Positions 17,245 through 25,558 of a stretch of 64,000 nt of DNA are shown in pieces. The notes under the pieces were generated by a model, which was not told the origin of the DNA, searched no databases, and saw nothing but the letters and a program-made list of their open reading frames with translations. The position numbers and the translations under genes were made by a program. Source of the DNA: a bacterium (GTDB lineage: Bacteria > RBG-13-61-14 > DATKZS01). Where the stretch lies: the NCBI GenBank assembly GCA_963674965.2, contig CAXXFL010000005.1, positions 800,001 through 864,000 on the forward strand, given 5' to 3'. Each line of letters begins with the position of its first letter. Positions within the stretch are counted from its first letter, which is position 1.

Positions 17245-18223
17245 TTTGGATCACCACCTCCGTAACCTTGGGCCTGATCCTGTCAAGCAAGGGGTTAAGG
17301 ACGTTGGACAAAAGCACGGCGAAGGGTATGGCGTCGGGCCATTGTCCATAGGTCCGAATCAGCATTATAAGGAGTCCCATGCATATCCCGAAGAGCCAGG
17401 CGGGCAGATTGTTGGTGGGGGAGCTGGTCGAGTCCGTTGCCAGGAAGAAGGCCGCAATAATGACGTGTCCGGAAATAAATTGAGCGGCCATGATCTCGGC
17501 CAGAGACCCGCCGCCCAGTTTTTCCGGCGCCACCGACCCGAAGATCAGCGAGCCCAGGATTACGCCGCCGATCACGGCCGCTGGTATCTGCCACCTAATA
17601 TGGCCGAGGGCGCAAAGTGCGATCCCGCCGGCGGCGGTGGTAAGGATCACGGCGAAGTGGGCCGAGGCGATGCTTTTCATTCCCACCGGATAGATATGGT
17701 GGGGCCATGAAAGAAGGAGTATAAGCCATCCCACCATGGCCGGATGGAACGGATAACTTCCGATGCCGCCGTAAAGCTGCTTGCCGATGAGTATGGCCAG
17801 GAACACGCCGATGACCAGGGTCCACCAGGGCACCGAGACGGGCATGAACATGGCCACTAAAAGTCCCATCAGTGCCCCGTGTCCGTTCATGGCGTGATAG
17901 GGCTGGCGGAAGAGCACCTGGATCAGGTACTCGGCCGCGACCCCGACGCCCATGCCCATGGCCAGGACCCCGCCGGCCCCGATCGAGGCGAGGAGGCCGG
18001 GACTGATCCCGAACTCCCGAACGATGGACCCGAGAAGCCACTCGAGCCCCGTGGCCCGGCCGAGGACGTGCATTTCATCGGTCATGAACCCGTGGGCTAT
18101 GACCCCGATGGCGGCCGCCGGAAGAAGCGCCAGAATGAAGGCGTAGTTCATCTGGGTGACGCTCGTCTTCGAGCGCCAGTGCGGCCCGGGACCCACGGTG
18201 AACAAAGTCTCTCTAGACTCCAT
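17237..18223 (-). CDS. rnfD: Rnf complex subunit D, atypical (no [ST]GAT flavinylation loop)
   Basis: GPH, KQLYGGIG..PFHPA, FLATD..SSP and LIRTYG.WPD..PFAVLL.N motifs; position in the operon. Confidence 0.88.
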   Translation of the reverse strand: MESRETLFTVGPGPHWRSKTSVTQMNYAFILALLPAAAIGVIAHGFMTDEMHVLGRATGLEWLLGSIVREFGISPGLLASIGAGGVLAMGMGVGVAAEYLIQVLFRQPYHAMNGHGALMGLLVAMFMPVSVPWWTLVIGVFLAILIGKQLYGGIGSYPFHPAMVGWLILLLSWPHHIYPVGMKSIASAHFAVILTTAAGGIALCALGHIRWQIPAAVIGGVILGSLIFGSVAPEKLGGGSLAEIMAAQFISGHVIIAAFFLATDSTSSPTNNLPAWLFGICMGLLIMLIRTYGQWPDAIPFAVLLSNVLNPLLDRIRPKVTEVVIQNG

Positions 18224-18253
18224 TATCTACCCCCGCAAATTTATACCAAGCGC

Positions 18254-19624
18254 TCATCCGGCCGAGGCCTCGGAGACGGCCGGCTCGTTTTGTTCCTTGC
18301 AAGCCTCTTCCGCCTCTTCCCGCGCTTTCTTATCCTTGGCCTTTTGTTCGGCCTCGTTTCTAATCCTTGTTACTTCCCGCTTGGCGAGCCGGATCATCTG
18401 CACCAGCGGCCTCCTGGCCGTGCAGACCATGGCGCAAAGACCGCATTCGACGCAGTTCATGACTCCCAGGTCGTCGGCGGGCTCGAAGATCGAGAACTCC
18501 GAGTATCTTCCCAACAGGCTGGGCTGGAGGTTGACCGGGCACACCGACACGCAGGCGCCGCAGCTTACGCAGGGCTCGTCGCTCCAGGGTAATATGTTTT
18601 CCCGGGGAATGAGCATGACCGCGTCCAGCCCGGCGTCCACCGGGGCCTCGAGCGAGTACTGGGCGATGCCCCGGAGGGGGCCGCCGGCCAATACCTTGTC
18701 GCCGTCCCTGGGCTTGAGTCCCATGAAGGCGAACAGGTCCTTTAGCTTGGCGCCGATGGGAGCGCGAAGGTTGGCCTTGGCCTCCCCTTTTGGCCCGATA
18801 AAGGTGACGACCTTTTTATCCTGGACCTTGCCGTCCCGGATGGCGTCCAGGGCCGCCAGGGCCGTTCCCGCCGTGATAACGCGGACGCCCTTGCCGCCGC
18901 CGGCCCTAAGGGCCACCATGGGCTTCAAGGTCATGGGGTACTCGGGGGGCACGGAAAGGACCTTGACGCCCGTGCCGCCGGCCGACTTGCCCGTCTGGCC
19001 CGCGCTTTTGTCATGGGCCGCCACGTAAACGTCCTTGGCCCCGGCCATCTTGCCCAGGACCTTGGCCGCGATGAAAACGTCCTCGGACCTCCAGCGGAAA
19101 ACCTCGGAGGTCGAGAAGACCTCGGGCTCGCGGTCAGAGGCAAGCACCACCAGGGTCTCGACCTCGACGTCCGCCTCGGGACCAATGATCTCGCCCAGGG
19201 GCCTGGGCGTATAGGACTCGGTCAGTATGCCGGCCTCGGCCACCCTGGCCCAAAGTTCCCGGGCCGAGGCGGTTTCCGGGTCCATGGGCTTCCAGGCGAC
19301 GGGTGAAGAATCGGGATCGGGATCGACGGCCACCGAGTGGCCCACGTAATGGTTCCTGGCGTCGGGACCGGATATCACGCCCACTACCTTGCCCTTTACC
19401 GGGCAGACCACGGCCTTTTTAACGCCGTCGCTTCCCAGGAACTGGCCGGGCTTGACCTGGTCCCCCTCCTTGACCAGGGCCTCGTAGGGGACCCCGGTCC
19501 CGCTGAAAAGCGGGAAGACGAGGCTCGAGGACGCGGCCGCGTCCTTGATGGCCAAGTGCTGGGATTTAAGTGGGAACTTCGGCCGCCTAAACCCGAAGAG
19601 CCTATCCGTAATTTCGTCAAACAT
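18254..19624 (-). CDS. rnfC: Rnf complex subunit C, atypical (FMN/NADH motifs degenerate)
   Basis: VKEGDQVKPGQ barrel, SLBB-region GGPLRG and two 4Fe-4S motifs (CVSCGACVSVCP, CVECGLCAMVC); first gene of CDGEAB. Confidence 0.85.
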   Translation of the reverse strand: MFDEITDRLFGFRRPKFPLKSQHLAIKDAAASSSLVFPLFSGTGVPYEALVKEGDQVKPGQFLGSDGVKKAVVCPVKGKVVGVISGPDARNHYVGHSVAVDPDPDSSPVAWKPMDPETASARELWARVAEAGILTESYTPRPLGEIIGPEADVEVETLVVLASDREPEVFSTSEVFRWRSEDVFIAAKVLGKMAGAKDVYVAAHDKSAGQTGKSAGGTGVKVLSVPPEYPMTLKPMVALRAGGGKGVRVITAGTALAALDAIRDGKVQDKKVVTFIGPKGEAKANLRAPIGAKLKDLFAFMGLKPRDGDKVLAGGPLRGIAQYSLEAPVDAGLDAVMLIPRENILPWSDEPCVSCGACVSVCPVNLQPSLLGRYSEFSIFEPADDLGVMNCVECGLCAMVCTARRPLVQMIRLAKREVTRIRNEAEQKAKDKKAREEAEEACKEQNEPAVSEASAG

Positions 19625-19809
19625 GGACTTGCTCCGCTTTTAAGATAAGGGTCGCCTGATGAAAGTGGTCTCGAAATGTACCTGGATAAAAATTCCCGGC
19701 GCCCCTTAGTTACCGCCAGGGGATGCGCGCTAGGTTACTGCAAATGTTTCCCCTCGTTACGTTGCGTTAATTTTGGAAGAATTTATATGAACACCTAAAA
19801 GTCTGGTAT

Positions 19810-19837
19810 ATTTTACGCCTCTTTGCGGCTTTGTCAA
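19810..19837 (-). promoter_or_regulatory. Putative sigma70 promoter of the rnf operon
   Basis: TTGACA-N16-TAAAAT on the - strand. Confidence 0.55.
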
Positions 19838-19928
19838 GCAAATCGGGAACAAAATGGAACAAAATATCCAAGCTTTCCCAATAAATAAGGATAGCTTCAT
19901 TTTCCGGGGAACCAAGCGCCAGTTAAGT

Positions 19929-19957
19929 TTGACAAAAATAGAGTATGAACGTAGCAT
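19929..19957 (+). promoter_or_regulatory. Putative sigma70 promoter of gspLMN
   Basis: TTGACA-N17-TAGCAT, 35 bp before ATG 19992. Confidence 0.55.
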
Positions 19958-19991
19958 GGAACCGAACGCGAAAAGAGGATAACCCCTTTAT

Positions 19992-21521
19992 ATGGCGAGA
20001 GTGGTAATAGGTCTGGACGTTTCCGGCGCGGGCTGGAAGTACGCAGTGGCGGCGGGACCGTCAAAAGACAGGATCAGGGTCATCGAGTATGGCCGTTTCG
20101 ATCCTCCACCCGTGGACTTCGACTACCTTTTCTCCGACGAGATGGACGAGATCGATCTCGAGGAAAAGGTCTCCGAGTGGGCCGAGGCCTTTTACGCCAA
20201 ACTCGAGCCCTATCTTGGCTCGGACCCGGACGTGGTGGTGGGCATTCCCCGCGAGTTGGTGACCATCCGCTCTCTTGACGTTCCCTTTACCAAGGACTCC
20301 CGCATCGCCCAGGTCCTGCCTTACGAGGCCGAGGCCAGCCTGGCCTTGGACGCGGACGAGTTGGTCTTCGATTTCTACGCCCTCGGGTCCCGCGAGGAGG
20401 AAACCAGGGTGCTGGCCGCGGCGGTCGAGCGCGAGAAGATACACTCCCTGCTGACCCTTTTCAAGCTGGTGGGAATCGACCCCATGGTCGTGGCGCCCAC
20501 TCCCCTTTCCCTCCATCACCTGGGTCGCGTGACCGGACCGGCCGCTAACGGGGTCCCCTCTCGGACCGGCTACCTTCAAATCGAGAACGGCGGCGTCTTC
20601 TTAACGGTAACCGAGCAAGATAAAAGCGTTTTCACCGCCTCGTTCCACGCGAGCGAAGACGAGGGACCTTCAACCGGCGCCGGGACAAGCCTTCTCCAGA
20701 ACATTGGACGGGCCATTCATTATCTCGAGGGTTTCAAAACGGTCGGCGCCGGATGCCCTCCTCCCTTGAAGAAACTTTTCGTGACCGGAGACCCCGCCAA
20801 GGTGGGGCCAACCGTTTCCGAGTTGGAACAACGGCTGGGCCTCGAGGTCATGCCCTTTAAAATTGCGCCCGCCGCCGTGACGGAGGACACCCAGCTCAAT
20901 CCGGATCGGGACCTGGCCATGGCCACGTCACTGGCCCTTGCTCTCCAGGGGATGTCCACCGGCAAAAAGGCGGGGCTTAATTTCAGAAAGGGAGAGTTCT
21001 CCTTCCGCCACGAGCGCAAGGCATTGATAAAAAAGGCTATATTCCCAGCCACCTTGCTGGTGACCCTTGTTTTATCCATTGTCTTCAGCGCCTCGGTTAC
21101 GGGTTCGTCCTCAGACGAGAACTCGGCCGCTATCGTGGACCTTATGAAAAAGGAGTTCGCCGCCTATTTTCCCGGCGAGCCCATTGTCGATCCCACCGTC
21201 CAGATCAAAAACAAGCTGGACGAGACCAAGGCCAAGAAAATCAAGTACGAGGACCTTTCCAACCCCTCGGCTCTTACCGTCATGGCCGCCTTGTCCAGCG
21301 CCGTTCCCGACGACCTGGTTGTAACCATAACCAGTTTCGATTTCAAGGGCGACAAGCTGGTCCTGAAAGGAGAATGCGAGGAACTGGACATACCCAACAA
21401 GGTGGCCAAGGAACTCGAGAAGGTACCCATATTTAAAAAGGTGGACCTTGGCAATGTAACTTCCGGTAAAGAAAAGAAATTCACCATAGATATCGACCTG
21501 AGGGAGAAGGGACGGCCATGA
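19992..21521 (+). CDS. gspL: Type II secretion protein GspL (PilM/PilN-like)
   Basis: Actin-like VIGLDVS, RSLDVPF...IAQVLPYEAE, LNFRKGEF before a single TM, and a PilN-like C-terminus. Confidence 0.78.
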   Translation: MARVVIGLDVSGAGWKYAVAAGPSKDRIRVIEYGRFDPPPVDFDYLFSDEMDEIDLEEKVSEWAEAFYAKLEPYLGSDPDVVVGIPRELVTIRSLDVPFTKDSRIAQVLPYEAEASLALDADELVFDFYALGSREEETRVLAAAVEREKIHSLLTLFKLVGIDPMVVAPTPLSLHHLGRVTGPAANGVPSRTGYLQIENGGVFLTVTEQDKSVFTASFHASEDEGPSTGAGTSLLQNIGRAIHYLEGFKTVGAGCPPPLKKLFVTGDPAKVGPTVSELEQRLGLEVMPFKIAPAAVTEDTQLNPDRDLAMATSLALALQGMSTGKKAGLNFRKGEFSFRHERKALIKKAIFPATLLVTLVLSIVFSASVTGSSSDENSAAIVDLMKKEFAAYFPGEPIVDPTVQIKNKLDETKAKKIKYEDLSNPSALTVMAALSSAVPDDLVVTITSFDFKGDKLVLKGECEELDIPNKVAKELEKVPIFKKVDLGNVTSGKEKKFTIDIDLREKGRP

Positions 21522-22048
21522 GCCTGGAAGCACGGGAAAAGAAATTCCTCGGCATCGGGGCTATCGCTTTTGTCTTGATAGTTGCCATCTGGCTTGTCAC
21601 GGGCGGTGATTCCGGGACCAGGGGCGGAGATTCGAAAAGGGTCGCTCAAAAACAGGAGACCTTTCATAAGGACCTGAAGGATTACCTCGAGATCAAGGAC
21701 TCGGTCGAAAAGATCGATCAGAGGCTGTCCAAAACTCCGGAGAATTTCGATCTGGCAGGAGAGCTCAACGAGATATTCGACTCCCTGGGAATCAAAAACG
21801 CCATCAGGAGCCTCAACCCCACGGACGCCGGCGCCAACGACTTTTACTCGGCCTCCTACGTGGACATTAAAATAGACGAGATATCCCTTGACGACCTGGT
21901 CAGCCTGCTGGTTAAGATCGAGTCGTCCGACGCCTTTATCAAGGTGGACAAACTCACGGTCAGAAGAAGGTTCAAGGACAACGCCCTGGATATAAATATC
22001 AGGGTCGCCGCCTACTCGGCCAAGCTCGAAGAGGCCCCTCCCAAATGA
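21518..22048 (+). CDS. gspM: Type II secretion protein GspM
   Basis: LEAREKKFL plus TM, coiled coil, ISLDDLVSLLVKIE; ATGA-coupled to gspL. Confidence 0.72.
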   Translation: MSLEAREKKFLGIGAIAFVLIVAIWLVTGGDSGTRGGDSKRVAQKQETFHKDLKDYLEIKDSVEKIDQRLSKTPENFDLAGELNEIFDSLGIKNAIRSLNPTDAGANDFYSASYVDIKIDEISLDDLVSLLVKIESSDAFIKVDKLTVRRRFKDNALDINIRVAAYSAKLEEAPPK

Positions 22049-22977
22049 ACGGCTGGAAAAGGATAGTGCTTGGCGGCCTCGGATACCTCCTCTTCTTCGT
22101 CGTCTCCCTGGTACTCTTCACCTTCTTAACCTTCGACCCCACCATGTTCGCGCCCCGCATCGAGCGGGCGGCCAAGGACGGCGGGATAACCCTTCAGATT
22201 CAAAAGATTTCCCTCAAGGGCCTCGGGGGCCTCGAGATGCGGGGAGTTAAAGTCTCCCCCGCGGCCAAGCCTCAGGAAGGCGAAGGGGAGGCGGCCGATC
22301 CACCGACTCCCATGGTCATCGACCGGCTCATTGTAAAGCCCAAGCTCACTACCCTGCCGGGCCTTTTAACGGCGGCCAGGGACAACAAGCCGCCCCGTAT
22401 CGAGGCCGCCTTTTCCGCCCGGGTCGGGGAGGGCGAGATCGAATCGGGCTTTCTCTCCTTTTACGGGGAATCCCTTTCCGCGGAGGCCGAGGCCAAGTCT
22501 TTTCCCCTGGCTCGGGTCCCGCTCTCCGGGTTTGAAATCAAGGGCCTCAAGTTCTACGCCCCCACCTTGTCCGGCTCCATGGACGCCAAGGTGAAGCTGG
22601 AAATGGGAAACCGGAAAAACCCCGACACCTGGAACGGGGACGTCCAGCTGGACCTGAAAAATCCGGGCATAAGCGAACTGAAAAACGCGATTATCGCTTT
22701 TCCCGGACCGAAAATGCAAAGCGGAAACCTCAAGGCGAAAATCGACAGGGGGTTGGTAACGGTCAGTTCCCTTAAACTGGTGGGCGACGACATGCCCATG
22801 AACTTTACCGGGACCATCAAGTTAAACCCCAATTTCGCCGCGTCCATGTCTGAAATTAACGGGACCATCGAGTTCAGCGAGTCCTTCAAATCCAGGCTGG
22901 ACCCCACCTTCGCCCAAATGCTTCCGCCCAAGAAAATCGAGTATAAAGGACCCATCGGAAAACTGGCCGCCTGGTAA
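22045..22977 (+). CDS. gspN: Type II secretion protein GspN-like
   Basis: N-terminal TM (YLLFFVVSLVLFTFLTF) and a beta-rich periplasmic part; follows gspLM. Confidence 0.65.
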   Translation: MNGWKRIVLGGLGYLLFFVVSLVLFTFLTFDPTMFAPRIERAAKDGGITLQIQKISLKGLGGLEMRGVKVSPAAKPQEGEGEAADPPTPMVIDRLIVKPKLTTLPGLLTAARDNKPPRIEAAFSARVGEGEIESGFLSFYGESLSAEAEAKSFPLARVPLSGFEIKGLKFYAPTLSGSMDAKVKLEMGNRKNPDTWNGDVQLDLKNPGISELKNAIIAFPGPKMQSGNLKAKIDRGLVTVSSLKLVGDDMPMNFTGTIKLNPNFAASMSEINGTIEFSESFKSRLDPTFAQMLPPKKIEYKGPIGKLAAW

Positions 22978-23078
22978 CGCCCGCTCGGATTCCATTAATT
23001 TTCGGCTATAAGAAACCGCCATACATTCCGGCATTTTAAAAAGGAACAATCGCGGACCATCGATTCAAAGAGCTTTCC

Positions 23079-23107
23079 TTGACATAAGGGGAGGCTTTAG
23101 TTACACT
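23079..23107 (+). promoter_or_regulatory. Sigma70 promoter of tRNA-Arg
   Basis: TTGACA-N17-TACACT, 11 bp before the tRNA. Confidence 0.7.
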
Positions 23108-23118
23108 CGAATCATTCA

Positions 23119-23191
23119 GGGCGATTAGCTCAGTGGATAGAGCACTTGCCTCCGGAGCAAGGGGTCGCGGGTTCGACTCCCGCATCGCCCT
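23119..23191 (+). tRNA. tRNA-Arg(CCG), CCA not encoded
   Basis: GGGCGAT/ATCGCCC acceptor stem, anticodon arm CTTGC-CTCCGGA-GCAAG, GGTTCGACTCC T-arm. Confidence 0.96.
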
Positions 23192-23319
23192 TATATATCA
23201 ATGACTTACAAGCATCCCTTAAAGTTGACTATCAAGGACTGAATGGGGACAAAAAGGGGAACAACCCCCCGGAAACCATAAACTTGTCAAGCGGTGCCTA
23301 GTGGGCTGCCCCGGCGACG

Positions 23320-24120
23320 CTACTGAAACGCTTTTCCAAATTCATCTTGATCAAGAAAGTACCTCAGTTGAGCGCCTTGCATATTCCGAGCTCGATGAAT
23401 ATCAAACCTATTCTCGTCGAACTCCGGCAGGTTCACGTCATTTTCGTCGAAAAACAAGCAATGGCTATACAACGTTCTAAGTTCAGCGTACCGTCTCGGC
23501 TCCCATCCCTTTTTATAGCCATACCAGTCGTCTATCAGCGCGCATTTCGTTCCACATGAATTGTCTCTCTCCAGTGTCACTTTCATTTCAAAATCAAAAC
23601 AGAGATCGAACATCGTAACCCTGCATCTTCCGCCACGTTCTCTCATGCATGGCATTTGGACAGCTACAATGTCTTCGCCACTGTCAAAATAAAGCTCAGA
23701 AAAACGATGGTTTGTAATAACATCAATAACATTATAATTGGGCGCCTCATTTTCGATTTTTTCTCGTATTTGCCGTTCGGCTTCGTCTATCATGGCCGCC
23801 ATCATCGGATCCTGGGAGGATATTTCCCTATTTATTATCCTGGATATGTTTTCATGCCTCAGGTGTTTGAAGATGATCCTCTTAAAAGGTTTCTCCTCCT
23901 CGGGACCCGCATTTATCAAGCTTTCATGGGAGTAAAATATATCTATTACCCCATTATAATTTTCACCATTAATATCCAGATTCCATTCACTCGGATGGTA
24001 GATCTCCAATGAGCCGGGTATAAGGCTTTTGTTTTCAATATATCCTATTAGAATGCGTATTGACGCGGCCACGATAACAGACAATACTAAAAAGATTGCG
24101 GCTATCGCCTTTTTCTTCAT
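23320..24120 (-). CDS. AT-rich hypothetical membrane-anchored/secreted protein
   Basis: Open frame with likely start MKKKAIAAIFLVLSVIVAA (ATG 24120); no family recognised. Confidence 0.65.
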   Translation of the reverse strand: MKKKAIAAIFLVLSVIVAASIRILIGYIENKSLIPGSLEIYHPSEWNLDINGENYNGVIDIFYSHESLINAGPEEEKPFKRIIFKHLRHENISRIINREISSQDPMMAAMIDEAERQIREKIENEAPNYNVIDVITNHRFSELYFDSGEDIVAVQMPCMRERGGRCRVTMFDLCFDFEMKVTLERDNSCGTKCALIDDWYGYKKGWEPRRYAELRTLYSHCLFFDENDVNLPEFDENRFDIHRARNMQGAQLRYFLDQDEFGKAFQ

Positions 24121-24289
24121 GACAACGGGCCTTTTCGCCGGCTTTCCGGCAATGCATTTAATTTTCCTCAGGGCGCATAATCCTAAAAACGGCAGTTGGT
24201 AATTCCGCCAGGGCTTCAAAGATTATATAATATCAGTTGTGTAGGTCAAATTCTGCAATTTCAGGTTGGTATCTCCATGAATTCTGGGG

Positions 24290-24331
24290 GAATTGTGGGG
24301 ACAGAATTGTGGGGACAGCATCCTTATCTCG
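24290..24331. repeat. GAATTGTGGGGACA x2 followed by GCATCCTTATCTCG (REP-like motif)
   Basis: 14-bp tandem repeat; 24311-24331 matches the arms at 6325-6345 (18/21) and rc of the 6454-6483 arm (19/21). Confidence 0.7.
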
Positions 24332-24415
24332 TTTGAACTGTGGACAATCGTATATGAGAACGACGGCGTAAAGCATGTCAGCTTGGAAGGCATTAATACG
24401 CGACCCTAAACCTTA

Positions 24416-25340
24416 CTGAACTTTAAAACTTTTTAGTCTGGTTTGCACGTATCGACATTAAGCAGCCTCCTTGAGGGGCGTAATTTCCTCTGGTTTGGGG
24501 TCGGAATGGAAAGCGGGAGAAATTCGCAAAGCCTTGTAGAAAGCGCGTCGGAGCCGACCGACGCTTGGGGGGCCGCTCGGGTCCCACCACGGTTCGGCCT
24601 CGATCTTTTCCGCCTCCGGGACGCAAAGGGCAAGCAGGCCCAAAAGGCCGTAGGCGACCAGGCAGAGGTTGGCGTGGCGCTTGATGGCCGTGAACGACCT
24701 CTGGCGATAGTCGCCGAAACCGCCCGCCGTCTTCACCTCCCGGAACAACTCCTCGATCTTCCAGCGGCCCGAATACGTTTCCAGCGCCCGCTCCGGCTTC
24801 ATCTCGACGTCGGTGGTGAAAAACACGTTCATTTTTTTGCCGGAGCGCCGGGGGAAAATGATGACGAGTATCGGCTTGTCGCCGAGGGTGGCGCTGGGGA
24901 CCATCACCCCGACGAAGGCCTCGATGGTAACGGTCTTGCCGTAAATCCTGGCCTTGATTTTTTCGCGCTTCGATCTTTTCAACCACAGTTGTTGGGGGCC
25001 GTACTTTTTGCCGCGCTTGGGAGGACGGCCCGGCCCCTCTTCCTTTTGGGGAGTTCGTAGAGCGCCGCGTTCGAGCGGAGGCGGCTGATCAGGACCACCT
25101 CCCTGTCCCCGACCTCGACGCTCGCCAACTTGGCCTTGGCGTAGAGGTTGTCCACTACCAGGACCAGTCTCCGAGCGGGCCAGGAGAACCTTTTTATCAT
25201 CATGGCGGCCAATTCGATCTTGGTTTTGAACTCCCATCCCTTGGGGCAAAACTTTTCCTGGACGAAGAGCAGCGCCGAGAGGAGGACTGGTGAACGCTAT
25301 TTTTACATGGTGGAACATGGCTAAAAAGTTCAAAGTTCAG
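24416..25340 (-). mobile_element. Internally deleted IS701/IS4-like element, transposase pseudogene
   Basis: TIRs CTGAACTTTAAAACTTTTTAG and rc CTGAACTTTGAACTTTTTAG flanked by TA. Two frames encode KTKIELA..VVDNLY..ISRLRSNAALY and Y..RWKIEELFREVK. Confidence 0.82.
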
Positions 25341-25558
25341 TAACATAGTCTCCAGTATTATAAATCAAACTGGCTCAACTTTTCCAGAACCGACTGTAAT
25401 TCCAACGAAAACTCACCAAACTTTGGCCTTTTGCTAATACGATCGAAAAATAAGCCGCCTAGAATTTAACATAAAGTAGGCCCTCGCCTTATTTCTCGGG
25501 CCGATAAGGGGGGAAACTAAACTGAAAAAAAAAGGACCGGAAAAGCCAAGGATAAATT

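Noticed and set aside
24458-25333. Intact 291-aa transposase
   Set aside because: The start lies in the TIR and the first third is off-frame; the real transposase is deleted and frameshifted.
23119-25550. Intact prophage or ICE at tRNA-Arg
   Set aside because: No integrase, phage or conjugation genes, and no attR copy of the tRNA 3' end were found.
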